Assembly: GCF_009914755.1 (NCBI RefSeq) | Contig: NC_060946.1 | Direction: 5' to 3' (one strand) | Length of the DNA stretch: 64,000 bases | Source: the human T2T-CHM13v2.0 reference genome, Homo sapiens | Shown: one piece after another, positions 30,546-47,112 of the stretch | How positions within the stretch are numbered: the stretch's first letter is position 1 | How the letters are laid out: every line of letters begins with the position of its first letter | Notes under the pieces: model-generated | Database searches by the model: none | Seen by the model: the letters and a program-made list of their open reading frames with translations, nothing else | What the model was told of the DNA's origin: nothing | Made by a program: the position numbers and the translations under genes

Positions 30546-31958
30546 AATACTACTTCAAGGCTCTCTAGGGATTCTGATATACAAACAATGTTCACAGTCA
30601 TTGCATAAGGAAAGCATGAAGTTACACGGAAGGAGCAGAGCCTTACACAGTATTTTGGGGGTTAGAAACTCTCAGCTGCACTAATATTTTAAATTAGTGT
30701 GTTATGAACAACTCCATTAGGAATACAGCCAGTTCAAACTCCAGAAGCCACAGTGAGGTCTTGATAGTGTTGAAGAACCAAGAATTTAACTCTGGGGGGA
30801 AAAAAAGAAAAGAAAAAATAGAATTCCTGTGAGTTGATTATAAATTCCCCTACATCTGATGTGAGTAACACTGTGTACAATTTATAGACTTGGCCACCTC
30901 CTATAGTGGCTATGTTTTGTGACTTCTCACAAGTACCTAAAACAGGCTTCACAAATTTTGATGACCACACTAACAAGCAACTCTACGATTTAGACGAGCA
31001 AACTGCAGAAAGGCAACCAGAAAGCAGGAAAGTCCTTGTCCGTTTTCATTGGATAGGCTGATACTTACTGAGCACTTACTGTAGGCCAGGTGTCATTCTA
31101 AGAATGGCGCATGCATTAACTCTTTGATTCCTGGCAGGAAAACAAAAATGGAGATGTCTGTTGCCTCTCGTTGAAGACAGAGTATGGCCAAATTCACACT
31201 CACAAGAGACCTTCCTCTCTGCTCTATTCATGAGCCAGCCAAAGCCAAGTTCCCGTGTGCTAGTTCATAAATTCAGCTTCCCCAGCCCACAGAAGGGCTT
31301 TACTCTACAGACCCCAAAAGAATGAAGAGTTTTAGGCCCAAAGCGCTTGCTTCATAGATTTCCCTTAACATCTGATCCTTTTCTTGTGAGAGAAAAATTT
31401 CCATTTCTGTGTTCTTATTTTCTCTTCTCAAAAAGGGACACTTTATTATTCTGTTTCCACAAGTAACAGGGATTCTTGGACCACACAGCCCTGTGTCTCC
31501 ATCTGTCTTTTTAGTCAGAGTCCCAGAATTTCAGAGCTGAAGGGAATCTGAGAGATAAAATACAACTGCAGGATGACTTAGAGATAAAATGCAACTGCCC
31601 CCATTGTACAGATAATAACAATAGTTACTTATTGAATGTAAAAGACACATTGCTAAGCACACTATACATATCTGTAAACATGTGTTTTTGTGTATGTGTG
31701 TGTATATATAGTGTGTGTACATATGTGCATATATATGCATATACACATATACTAAGGAAACTGATATTCAGAGGGAAGTACAAATAACAAGAATCATTGC
31801 TCATTGAATGTGTAAGACACATTTCTAGACACTATATATATGTGAATCTATGCATATGTGTGTATTTATACACACATACTAAACCTAGCCCCTTAACCAC
31901 AACCACACTTGGTCCCCAAGCCCCAGAACCTTGGGCCAAATCCACATTGGTTGGTTCC

Positions 31959-32900
31959 TGTTATAGGTTGAATCTATCCCCAAAAGATATGTTAAAGTCC
32001 TAACCCACAGTATCTGTAACTGCGACCTTGATTGGACATAGCGTCTTCGCCATCCTAACCCATGGTATCTGTAATTGTGACCTTGATTAGAACTTCAAAG
32101 TTCTAACCCACAGTATCTGTAACTGTGACCTTGATTGGACCTAGCGTCTTTGACATCCTAACCCATGGTATCTGTAATTGTGAACTTGATTAGAACTTCA
32201 AAGTTCTAACCCACAGTATCTGTAACTGTGACCTTGATTGGACACAGTGCCTTCAACATCCTAACCCATGGTATCTGTAACTGTGACCTTGATTAGAACT
32301 TCAAAGTTCTAACCCACAGTATCTGTAACCATGACCTTGATTGGACACAGTGTCTTCGACATCCTAACCCACAGTATCTGTAACTGTGACCTTGATTGGA
32401 CAGAGTGTCTTCGACATCCTAACCCATGGTATCTGTAACTGTGACCTTGATTGGACGTAGCGTCTTTGACATCCTAACCCATGGTATCTGTAACTGTGAC
32501 CTTGATTAGAACTTCAAAGTTCTAACCCACAGTATCTGTAACTGTGGATTTGATTGGAAATAGAATCTTTGCAGATGTGGTCAAGTTAAGCTGAGGTCGC
32601 ACTGGATTAAGATGGGTGTTGATCCAATGACCGGTGTCTTTGTAAGAAGAGGGAAATCTGGACACAGATGGGGACACAGATACAGAGAAGGCCACAGGGT
32701 GACAGAGGGAGAGATTAGAGTGATGCAGCTGCAAGCCAGGGAGCACGAAGGAAGGACCCCCCCCAACCGCCCACAGCATTCAGAGGGAGTGTGGCCCTGC
32801 TGACACCTTGATTTTGGACTTCCAGCCTCCCAGCCAAGAAGTTTCTGCTGTCCTAAGCCTCCCGGTTTGTGGTCCTTTGTCAAGGGCAGCCCTAGGACGT
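31959..32900 (+). mobile_element. MLT1C-like LTR carrying an internal minisatellite
   Basis: TGTTATAGGTTGAAT..CCCCAAAAGATATGTT start; TTGGAAATAG..TTTGCAGATG..TGAGGTC..GACACCTTGATTTTGGACTTCCAGCCTCC. Confidence 0.75.
32000..32556 (+). repeat. Minisatellite: 11 copies of a 34-bp core in 55- and 48-bp units
   Basis: Core CTAACCCA(CA/TG)GTATCTGTAACTGTGACCTTGATT starts at 32000, 32055, 32103, 32158, 32206, 32261, 32309, 32364, 32419, 32474, 32522. Confidence 0.95.
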
Positions 32901-33816
32901 CAGTGTCATTCCCATTTCCTTCTAGTGACTGCAAGAGCGATCAGAAGCAGCCACTTTAGTAACTCCAGCTGCAGAGACCCAGAGATGAAAAGCTTAAAAT
33001 AAAAGCTTCTATTAAAATACTGAAAGGTGGAGGCATCATTTTTTTAAAAAAGAAAAAGCACTTCACCAATGAGACCCAGTCTCTAAAGACCCTCTGAGCT
33101 GCGGCAGCTGCTGCTGGATTTCCAAGACGCAAGCCTCCCTCCCTCCCTTCGGGAATGCTTTTCCCTGAAATCTCAGCATTGGATCTGCAGTGCTGAGTAG
33201 AGACGGCTTCCCTTACACCCATGCTAATGAGTTCACGAGCCACGCGGGGTGTCAGGAGACACGCGGTACTCCCAAAAGCCTGAAGAAGAGCCCTGCGTGT
33301 GGTGGCAGCGACGTGACAAGCGGGTGAGGCTGATGGGAGATAACGCAGGAGGCGAGAGATGGTCCGATTCTGGCAGCGCGGCTCCTGAGTAAGAGGGAGG
33401 ATGCAGTCTAGGTTCTGAAGGCATTTTTAAGGTTGAGGTTGTCAGACATAAAACAGCTTTGAAACGTTTTGTCGACTGAACAAAGGGAACAGCACCCATT
33501 TGATGGGCCCCTTCAGTAGGCTGACCTTTTCCCCAACACTAACACTCTTCACCCTCACGGAAATCGCACAGGTGAATGCCTGTCCACTTAAAAGCAGGCA
33601 AAGAAGGACTGGAGAGGGTGAGTAGCTTTCCTGAGGTCACACAACAGAAAGGAAGAACAGAATTCTAACTCAAGCCTGACTAAACCCAAAAGCATCTTCC
33701 CAACCTCATCACTCTGCAGTTCAGCTTTTGGGCAAACCTCTGGTGCTTAAGAGTGGACAAAGATCCACCAAGAAGTTAATGAAGCAGACAGAAAACTGCA
33801 TAAGCCCCTGGGCCCA

Positions 33817-34130
33817 GTGGTGAGGTGGCTCACGCCTGTAATCCCAACACTTGTGGGAGGCTGAGGCAGGAGGATCACTTGCGGTCAGGAGTTCCAGACC
33901 AGTGTGGCCAACATGGTGAAACCCGCGTCTCTACTAAAAATACAAAAATTAGCCAGACTTGATGGTGAGCACCTGCAATCTGAGCTACTCAGGAGGCCGA
34001 GGCAGGAAAATCACTTGAGCTCAGGTGGCGGAGGTTGCAGTGAGCAGAGATCACGCCACTGCACTCCAGCCTGGGCAACAGAGGGAGACCCTGTCTCAAC
34101 AACATAGAAACAGAAAAGAAAAGAAAAGAA
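33817..34130 (+). mobile_element. AluS
   Basis: Full dimer; GAAAACTG(C/T)ATAAGC flanks both sides (TSD-like). Confidence 0.85.
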
Positions 34131-34487
34131 AACTGTATAAGCTCTGGTTGTCTACAGCCTCTTGCCCAGTCACTTGCCCAAAGCCATAGTTTGGTCCCCT
34201 GGGACTGAAAGCCATATCTTTTTAATCCTAGTCCATTTACCCCAGGGCACTTTAAGAACAGACAGGTCAGGCAGAGATAAAGGGAAGAGTCTGGGTGTCA
34301 AAGTCAGACACACCCTCCAGCTCTGCTGAGTGACCTTGGGCAAGTAACTTGCCCTCTCTGGGCCTCAGAGCCCCCATCTGTGAAAGAAAATAATACCCTT
34401 TACCAAGAAGGATTGTTGGGAGCAACTCACTCAGTCATTCAGCTTACTCAGTTGTTCAGGCCTCCTATATGCAGGCACACGCTAGGA

Positions 34488-35688
<1,201 letters not shown>

Positions 35689-37084
35689 GCACTAGCCCCT
35701 GGAAAAACAGTAAGGTATAAACAGATATGACCCACATTCTCATGGAGCCTGGGGCCTATTTGGAAAGGAGGGTGGAGAGACAGGTCTATGAAGGAAATCA
35801 CAATGAATCGTCAGCACCACCTCCTCCAGGAAGTCCTCCCTGATTTCCTAGGCCGGGTTGTGTTTCTGTCCTCAGAATTCCCATGGAACCTACAGTGACA
35901 TCTGTCACCACAGCTGCTGCAGTTTATTGAAATGATCTGTTTATATGTTTGTAGAATCACATTCCCTAGAGTAAGAAAGAGAAAGAATTTTAAAATATAT
36001 ATATAGAATAAACACATAACTCACCTGCTAGGATTGTCTCCAATTGATCCTTGAATCCCCCAAGCCCAGGAGGCTCGACAAATGATGTTACTATTACTGT
36101 CGTTGATATTGTTAGCAAAACGAATGTGGTCTTTATCACACCTCTGCTTTGTTGCAACTTCCCCTCTTTGATAAGGACGTGGTGGATGACTCCTGAGGTA
36201 ACCATCCCAAAGACATAAACCACACCACCAAAACTAAAAAGAATCTGACAAATCCGGCAAGGGTTTTATGAGTGGCTCTCCAGGAGCCACTTAGCTTGCT
36301 TAAGAGACAGCGATTCCCCGGGAGGCCCTGGTTCTCACAGCCCTGAGCCCAGAACACCTGGGATACGAGACACAGGGATTTCCCAGCCTGGACAGAGCCC
36401 ACAGGTGCTGTGGCCAGACTGTGGCCACCGTAGGAGCTTCCACTGTTGAGCCGTCTCCTGTGGCCACATCTTGGCCAGCATGTCCAGTGTTAGCTGAGTT
36501 CCCGTCCTCATTTAGAAATCTCTGTCTCTGGGAAAGCGGTCTCTCACAGAAATCCATGATAACCCTAGGGGATTTGGGTAAAAGAAGGGCCTTTGTTATA
36601 GCAGAACCATTAAATGGACAGCACTAAAAACCAGCACGTCCAGGTTTGTACCCCAGCCCTGCCTCTTACAAGCACCATGACTTTATACAAGCCAGCTTTC
36701 TCACCAAAAAGATTGAAAAACGAACATGCCAATCATAAACATAAAGGCTTTTAATGAATGGTGTGCTTGGCACATAGCAAGTCGTCAGTTAACATTGGCT
36801 GCTAATCACCACTCTGTTTCAAAGCTCCACTGCTTGTAGGGCATATTGCAAACCATTTGTAACTATTACTAGGGGACTTGATTTCGAGCTTTTTGTTCAA
36901 ATGTGCTCCAGAAATGTACATTTTCTTCTATTGTTAAAGAGAGGGGAAAATAGAAAAAGAAAACAGAAACGAGAGTGGGTTCGTGAGTAGATCTATAAGG
37001 CCATCGGTCCAATTCATTTGCATTCCTGGGAGAGAACGGCTGGAGTTACACCAGTTGCAACCCGAATTGTTTAAAACATTCGAC

Positions 37085-37310
37085 CAGTGGTTTTCAACCA
37101 GAGGCGATTTTGCTTTCCAGGGGACATGTGTAAATACAATTTCTAGAGAAATTATGAGTTGTCACAACTTGTCAGGGAAGAGGGGTGCTACCGGCTTCTA
37201 GCAGGTCAGGGCCCAGGATGCTGCTCAATATCCTCCAGTGCCCAGGACAGCCCCCACCACAAAGAATTATCCATTCCAAATGTAAAACCTGTCTAAGTTG
37301 AGAAAACCTG
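37085..37310. mobile_element. MER20-like hAT MITE
   Basis: CAGTGGTTTTCAACC...GGATGCTGCTCAATATCCT...AAAGAATTATCC...TTGAGAAAACCTG. Confidence 0.75.
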
Positions 37311-37872
37311 CCTTAGATGATCTTATTTCAAAGTGTGACTACATGTCACTGCCTAGCCATGTCTCGGCTAAGGTCCAGACTGTTTATGGGCAGAAAAAAA
37401 TGGAGTATGGAGACATAAGCAACTCACTCAAGGTGGTGCAGCAGACACAGGCCTCCAGTTTCAAATTCAAGTTCCTATTCCTTTGACTCTTCTGCCATCT
37501 TCTAGGTGCTGAAGATACACACAAATGCCTTCCAAGAGCTGGTTCCTGCTGGGGAAAAATTCCATATGACATTGTTTTCAAACTCTTACTGAGGACTGGG
37601 TCAAAATTGAATCAGGCTGACTTGAAAGCTAGAGAATCCTCAGCTCAAATTGCAGCTCAGCCACTTCCTGCTTGAGGGGACTTTTCACCAGTGAGTTCCA
37701 CCTGAGCCTCAGTTTTCTCATCTGTAAAATGGCTGCATGGTGCAGTGGTTAAGACCGGACTTGGACCACCTGGATTTGAATCTTATTTATACCACTAACT
37801 AGCTTGTGACCTTTAACACGTTACCCAACCGTTCTGCGCTGCATTCTCCTTGGATACAAAATGGAGATGATG

Positions 37873-38180
37873 ACCAGGCATGATGGCTCATGCCTGTAAT
37901 CTCAACACTTTGAAAGAACGAGACAGGAGGATCACTTGAGGTCAGGAGTTCAGGACCAGCCTGGGTAACCTCAGGGTCCTCAGGACCCTGTCTTCATAAA
38001 AAAATTTTAAATTAGCCAGGCATGATGGTGCACGCCAGTGGTCCCAGCGACTCGGGAGGCTAAGGTGGGAGGATCTCTTGAAAGGGAGGTCAAGGCTGAA
38101 GTGAGCTGTGTTCACGCCACTGCACTCCAGCCTGGGTGACAGAATGAGACCCTGTCTCAAAAATAAAAATAAAATAAAGT
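37873..38180 (+). mobile_element. AluJ inserted in a MIR
   Basis: Alu dimer with MIR core sequence on both sides. Confidence 0.8.
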
Positions 38181-38931
38181 AGGAATAAAGATATAATATC
38201 TGTGTCTTAGGGTTGTTGTGATAACTAAATGAGTTCATAGATATAAAACACTCAGAATGGAATCTGGCTCAGAGAATGCCCTCAGTAAATATTGTAAATG
38301 TTGGCTGTTTTGGTCATGATTGTTATTACCTTCAAGGACTTTGCAGAAGGATTAGAAATAATATATGCAAATCATCTAATACAGAATGGTTGTGCAAATA
38401 CTTTGGAAATTAATTAAATGATGAGTTAATATGTTAACCATGCCAGGACACCAAACCAGTGGTTCTGAGCCCTTGCCAAACTTTAAAATCTCCTGGAGAG
38501 TTTTAAAAAGAATACTCTGGGTGACTAATTAAATTAAAATACCATAGGGGCGGAGCCAGGGCACAGGATAACCCAAGGCCATTCTAGCACTTAGCCTGGG
38601 GGTCCTGCTCCTAGGTCGGCTGTCAATATCCTCCTTTACACCCAGGTCTAACGATTTATCCTTTATGCACCTTCCATCTCCCCAGGGCGAGGACAGTGTT
38701 TAGCACAGGTTTGGTATCAGGAAATACTTCTGGAATACATACAGGACTGAATTAGTGTTCAGTTACATGAAGGCAGGGACCATGTTCGCCTTGCTCATCA
38801 TTGTATGCCCGGCGCATACAATGCCTGGCACACAGAAGGTGTCCAGTGAATATTTGTTGTATTAATTCATCTGTTAATTTATGAAAGAAAATTTCCGAGG
38901 AAAGGTTCATGGGGGAATTCTTTTGTGTCGC

Positions 38932-39046
38932 CACTGCCACCTGCTGGTCATTTTTCTGCACTGCAGGTAATACAGTAGGGATTTGTGTTCTCTGAAGGGA
39001 GCCACCAACGTCATCAAGAAAAAGCCTCCCCGACCAGGGGGCGGGA
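38932..39046. promoter_or_regulatory. Divergent pair of CTCF motifs
   Basis: Minus: CTGCAGTGCAGAAAAATGACCAGCAGGTGGCAGTG; plus: CCGACCAGGGGGCGG at 39030-39044. Confidence 0.7.
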
Positions 39047-39568
39047 AAGTGAGGCTTCTCCTGTGCGCTTTCCCCAGCACAGCTGAGACCACACTGGGCT
39101 GTAATGACCCGGTAACTGTTCTCTGTTCCCCATTCGACTGAGTTTTGGGAGAACAGAAAACGTGATTCTCTAATTCACTGCTTCATACCCAGCTCCTAGC
39201 ACAGGGATGGAACATTGGAGGAACAGAGTCTACGGGCTGAAAAAAAAAACAAAAAACAAAAACAAAAACAAAAAAAACACGGAGAGTGTATTCTGGACTC
39301 TGGGAGTTCAAAAGCTATAAAGTGTTGTGCACCGGGCTGCACTTCCCGAGGAGTAGGAGTATTAGATACACTACGGGGATACCCACGCGGCTTTAAACAG
39401 TGTCCAGATGAACTTTTTGTGAGTCGTTTGGCTTAAGAAAATTAGAAAAATTAAAACTGACATGTGAAACCTCTGATTATAAGACTATTATTATTTAGAG
39501 TGAGGCTAAATTATACAGTGCAATCTAAATAGAAAAACAAGTCAATAGAAATTTTTAAAAATATATTA

Positions 39569-40002
<434 letters not shown>

Positions 40003-42067
40003 TCATGTGCGTGAGCTTGTTTTATTCTCATAACAACACCTTGAGACAGCCCATTTTAAAGATGAGGAAACTGAGGCTCAGAGAGGTCAGTTGTGCTCAC
40101 AGACATACAACTAGGATGTGCATCCTGAGCCCTTGGACACTTGAACCCAAGCGCTCCTGCTCTGCAATTTGCCTTTAAATGAAATGATGTGAGGTCTTTC
40201 AAGAAATATTTACTGGGCACCTACCCTGTACCAGGTTGCCAAGGATGCAGCAGTGAGCTCAGCTAGGTTGAGGACCAAAGACTTCCTCAGGATATTTTCA
40301 GAGGAATCATTAGAATATGATTGGCACTGGGTTCTGTTCATTATACCATCTATGCTTATTGTAAAGTAATGCAGACCCACCCTGCATTAAAAAAAAAATA
40401 CATCAAAGCACAGGCTGTAAAAATAAAAATAAAATTCTCCCTTCCTACAGTCCATCCCCAAGGCACGTTCTGCAGGGTGAATGATTCCTTGCCAGCCCTC
40501 TTAGGTCTCATCCATAAACACATAATAGAGTGCTGCCTTGGAGGGAGCCCCATGATTGACTTAAGCAAGGCTTTGTGATTTGATTCTGGGCTCAGACACA
40601 GAAGCGTTGGCTGCATATCCATCCTGCTCTGGAATGCCAGGGGGCAAACTTCAAGTATACAGATGACCTTCAATTAGTGGAAGGATTAGCCTTGGCCAAG
40701 TGTCAGCTGAACCACTTACTGCCTCATCTCTGGGAGTCTTGTGGAAAGGGAGCTACATTCAAAATCTCTTCCTCTCTCGCTCAACTATTCCAACAGCCCC
40801 TTCCCTTGGCTACTTTAGGGGTCTTCTGCAGCTACCCAGGGTCTTCTGAGTTTCTCTCTTCTATGGCACCTGCCATTTTTAATTAAATTGTCCATTTACA
40901 CATTTGCTTGGCCCCTTAGAGCATGCAGACCATGAGCTCTAGAGGACAGGAATGATGTCTGATTCACCTCCTCACCGCATTGCTGGACGCATTGCTGGGC
41001 ATGAAGTAAGCCCTCAAGATATATTTTCTGACTAAATGCATGGGTGCCCGCCAGAGCTATCTATGGTGTCATCCAAGATGCAACTCCAGCTGCACAGTGA
41101 CCTGGGAAGTCTCTTCCCACAGGCTGACTTCTGGGCTAGATTTCAAGGGTGGGAAGGAAACAGTTCATAACTCCCAGTGAAGACTGCTATTGAAGTATAA
41201 AGGAAAACCCTTCAACCTCAAGAGTGAAGCCAGATTCCTACCCGTCCACCCACTGGAGGAGATCAAAGTCCCGATTCTTCATGTATGGTGATTACTGTGA
41301 CTAAAACATACTCATCAATTGATTCGTTCATCTTTTCATTGGAAAAGTGATACATTTAAATGCCTACAAGGCCAGGCAAGTACCACGTGAAAGACAATAG
41401 GGAGTGGCAGAGACTGGGGCTAAAGTAAAGAATACTCCTGGTCTAACAGGGAAAGCCATTACTTAACTCCAGCCAGTCATTGCCATGTAACAATGTGAAC
41501 CCAGTATTGCCCAATCTTCTAATGTTTCAGAAGAATCCAGAAATCTAAATTATTATTTGAAATCTCCTAATTTGTGAAAGCTTGGTAACTATTGTTTCAG
41601 TTGACATTACTCAAGCTGAGTAGAGCCCAAATGTAAGTCATGTTCACAGAGAAAAGGGTTCTAGCTGGGACCAATACTGTACTGTGTGCCTTGAACCACA
41701 AGTGCCGTAGGACCAGGGATTATATCTGTTTTATTCACCTCTGTGTCCTCAGTACTATTTATGTTGTTGGCACATAATAATTGCTCAATAAACATTATCT
41801 GAGTAAATAAAGGAATGCTTCCTGTGAACCAGGCATTGTACTGGGTATGAGCATATATGAGTTTAAAGCCTGGGAAAGAAGTGCCAGAAAAGATTCTGAA
41901 GTTATGATGATGATAAGACAGAGTTCCAAGGACAGAATTCATGCCTTTGGGGAGCAATCTGGGTCTTGAAGGCATGCTTGAGATTCATCGTGCAAAATGA
42001 GACGCTTCAAACAACACGTTTATTATCTGACAGTTTCTGTGGGTCAGAAATCTGGGCATAGCTTAAC

Positions 42068-42540
42068 ATGTACACCCATGTTCATAGCAGTATTGTTCAG
42101 AGTAGCCAAAAGGGGAAGCGACACAAGTGTCCATCGATGGATGAACGAAAAACAAAGTGTGACACCTGCCTACGATGGAATATTAGCCTTGAAAAGGAAG
42201 AAAATTTTTGACACATCTTGCAACCTAGATGAACCTTGAGGACATTATGCTAAGAGAAAGAAGCCAGTCACAGAAGGCAAATACTATCTGATTCCACTTA
42301 CATGCGATAACTAGAGCTGTGAACTTCATAGAGACAGAAAGTAGAATGGTGGATCCCAGGGGCTAGGGTAAGTTGTTTAACGCATATAGAGTTTAAGATT
42401 TGCAAGATGAAAAGAGTTCTGGACATAAGTTGCCCAACAATGTAAAAGTACACTAACCTACTGGACTGTACACTTAAAATGGTTAAGATGGTTAGTTTTA
42501 TGTTATGTAGATTTTACTACAATTTAAAATTTTTTAAATA
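42068..42540 (+). mobile_element. L1MB/L1MA 3'-end fragment
   Basis: ATGTTCATAGCAGTATT...GACATTATGCTAAG...GTACACTTAAAATGGTTAAGATGG. Confidence 0.8.
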
Positions 42541-42592
42541 ATAAAGTTTAGAATGTTTTAGGATTTGTAGTCCTGTGTGTGAAGCAATTTGC

Positions 42593-42620
42593 TGGCTGTC
42601 CATTCCATCCAGGTGCTGAA
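42593..42620 (-). promoter_or_regulatory. Candidate non-canonical RE1/NRSE (REST) site
   Basis: Minus strand TTCAGCACC-N10-GGACAGCCA. Confidence 0.45.
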
Positions 42621-42955
42621 AAAGGACTAGATCTCACATGCGGCCTGGAATGGGTTAAACCTGCAGGTTCAACTCTCCAGTAAATACTGTGATCCTAACA
42701 CCTTGGGAGGCTGTGGCAGGAGAATTGCTTGAGCCCAGGAGTTTGAGACCAGCTTGGGATGCATGGCAAGACCCTGTCTCTACTTTAAAAAAAAAAAAAA
42801 AAAAGCCGAGTGTGGCGGGACACGCCTATAGTCCCAGCTACTCAGAAGGCTTAAGCAGGGGAATTGCTTGACCCTGGGAGGTTAAGGCTGCAGTGAGCCG
42901 TGCTGCACCACTGCACTCCAGCCTGGGTGTCTTAGGCTACCGGGTACTTTGTGTC

Positions 42956-42989
42956 TGCAGCTGAAGAGAGCAGTCACCAGATGGCAGTA
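42956..42989 (+). promoter_or_regulatory. CTCF-like motif overlapping a CAGATG E-box
   Basis: TGCAG...CAGTCACCAGATGGCAGTA. Confidence 0.5.
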
Positions 42990-43644
42990 TGGGCTTATTT
43001 GTAATAGTTGAGGCCTTTTGTTGCCAGGCTCCCAGGCCCTGAGCTTCAGGCTTGCTCTGATAGGCTCATCTCCAATGAGGGAAACAGATAACTAATTCAG
43101 TACAGTACAGTGCATGCAGTGCTGGAGAAACTAAGAAGACTGACGACTCAATTCACGGTAGGAGGCATCAAGGAAGGCTTCCTGGAGAAGGAGAAATGAA
43201 GATTGAGTATTGAAAGACAAGACGTAGTCATAATGGATGCGCAGGTTAGGTGTCAGGTGAAAAGCAAGAAGAAGATTTCATAATTAAACACCACCACCGT
43301 CCATCATTTACTAAGTACGTATGACATGCCAAAAACAAAACATCTTAAGCATTTCCTTACTTACCTATTTTAGTCCTCCAAATTCCTAGGAGATAGATAT
43401 TACTTTGATCGTCGTTATGCTAATGAGGAAACTAAGGATCAGAAAGGTTATGCCACTTGCTGGCGATCACACAGCTAACAAGTAACAGAACTCATATTTT
43501 AACCTTGATTCCTCAGCCAACTTCATTCTACCTTGCCTGTATGTAATCTGTGCCCAGAAGTGGAAGACAGAAAGGACAGTTTGAGAAATAGAAAACAGTC
43601 TGATGCAAGGTGGGGATGCAGAGAGAGGATGCTGGAGAGGCTGA

Positions 43645-43995
<351 letters not shown>

Positions 43996-44019
43996 TGAAC
44001 TTGCTCTAAAAAATTGGAC

Positions 44020-46290
<2,271 letters not shown>

Positions 46291-46594
46291 CATCACTAAA
46301 ATTAAGTTGTAACACACTAAGTAAAATTTGGATTCGTTTATCTGGACTTTTGAAGTGCACAATCAGTAATAGTAACGGAAATATGTTCAGTGTTTTAGGC
46401 CAGTGGATCTTAACCTTTATTGCTTTAGTGCCCCTTTGAGAATCAGGCAAAAGGCTCGAATTTGCCCTCCAGAAGGAACAGAAGCATGAAGTTTTATGTC
46501 TCTACTTGGGAACCCCTAACTTCAGTGGATCCCCAAATGCCTTATTCATGAACCCCAGCTCTGAGGCTTAAAACTACTTTCCCAGTTAGTTTGT

Positions 46595-47112
46595 CCACTC
46601 CGAGGTATATTTCCAAAAGAAGTGAAACAGGTATTTAAGCAAACCCTGTCTAAGAATGTTTATAGGAGCACTATTCACAATAGCCACGAGATGGAAACAA
46701 CCCAAATGCCCACCAACTGATGAATGGATAAACAAAAGTGTGGCAGAAAAAAGGGAATATTATTCAGCCATTAAAAGGAACGAAATACTGACACATACCA
46801 CAACATGGATGAACCTCAAAGCCGTTATGCTGAGTGAAGGAAGCCAGACACAAAAGGTCACATGTTTTAGGGTTCTGTTTCTAGGAAACATCTAGAATAG
46901 GTAAATCCATAGAGACAGAAAGCAGAGTCGTGGTTGTCTAGGGACTGCTTACTGAGTATGGGGCTTGTTTTGGAGATGAAGAACATGTTTTGGAACTAGG
47001 CAGAGGTCATGGTTGCGCACCATTGCGAATATGCTGAATGCCACTGAATTGTAACACTTTGAAATGGTTAATTTTATGTTATGTGAATTTTATCTACCTA
47101 AAAAAAAAAAAA
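46595..47112 (+). mobile_element. L1MB 3'-end fragment
   Basis: GCACTATTCACAATAGCC...TGAATGGATAAACAAA...GAAATGGTTAATTTTATGTTATGTGAATTTTATC + poly(A). Confidence 0.82.

Noticed and set aside
32000-32556. CRISPR array interpretation of the core+linker repeat
   Set aside because: Linkers are of two recurring types rather than unique spacers, the core is continuous with MLT1 LTR sequence, there are no cas genes, and the context is a primate intron
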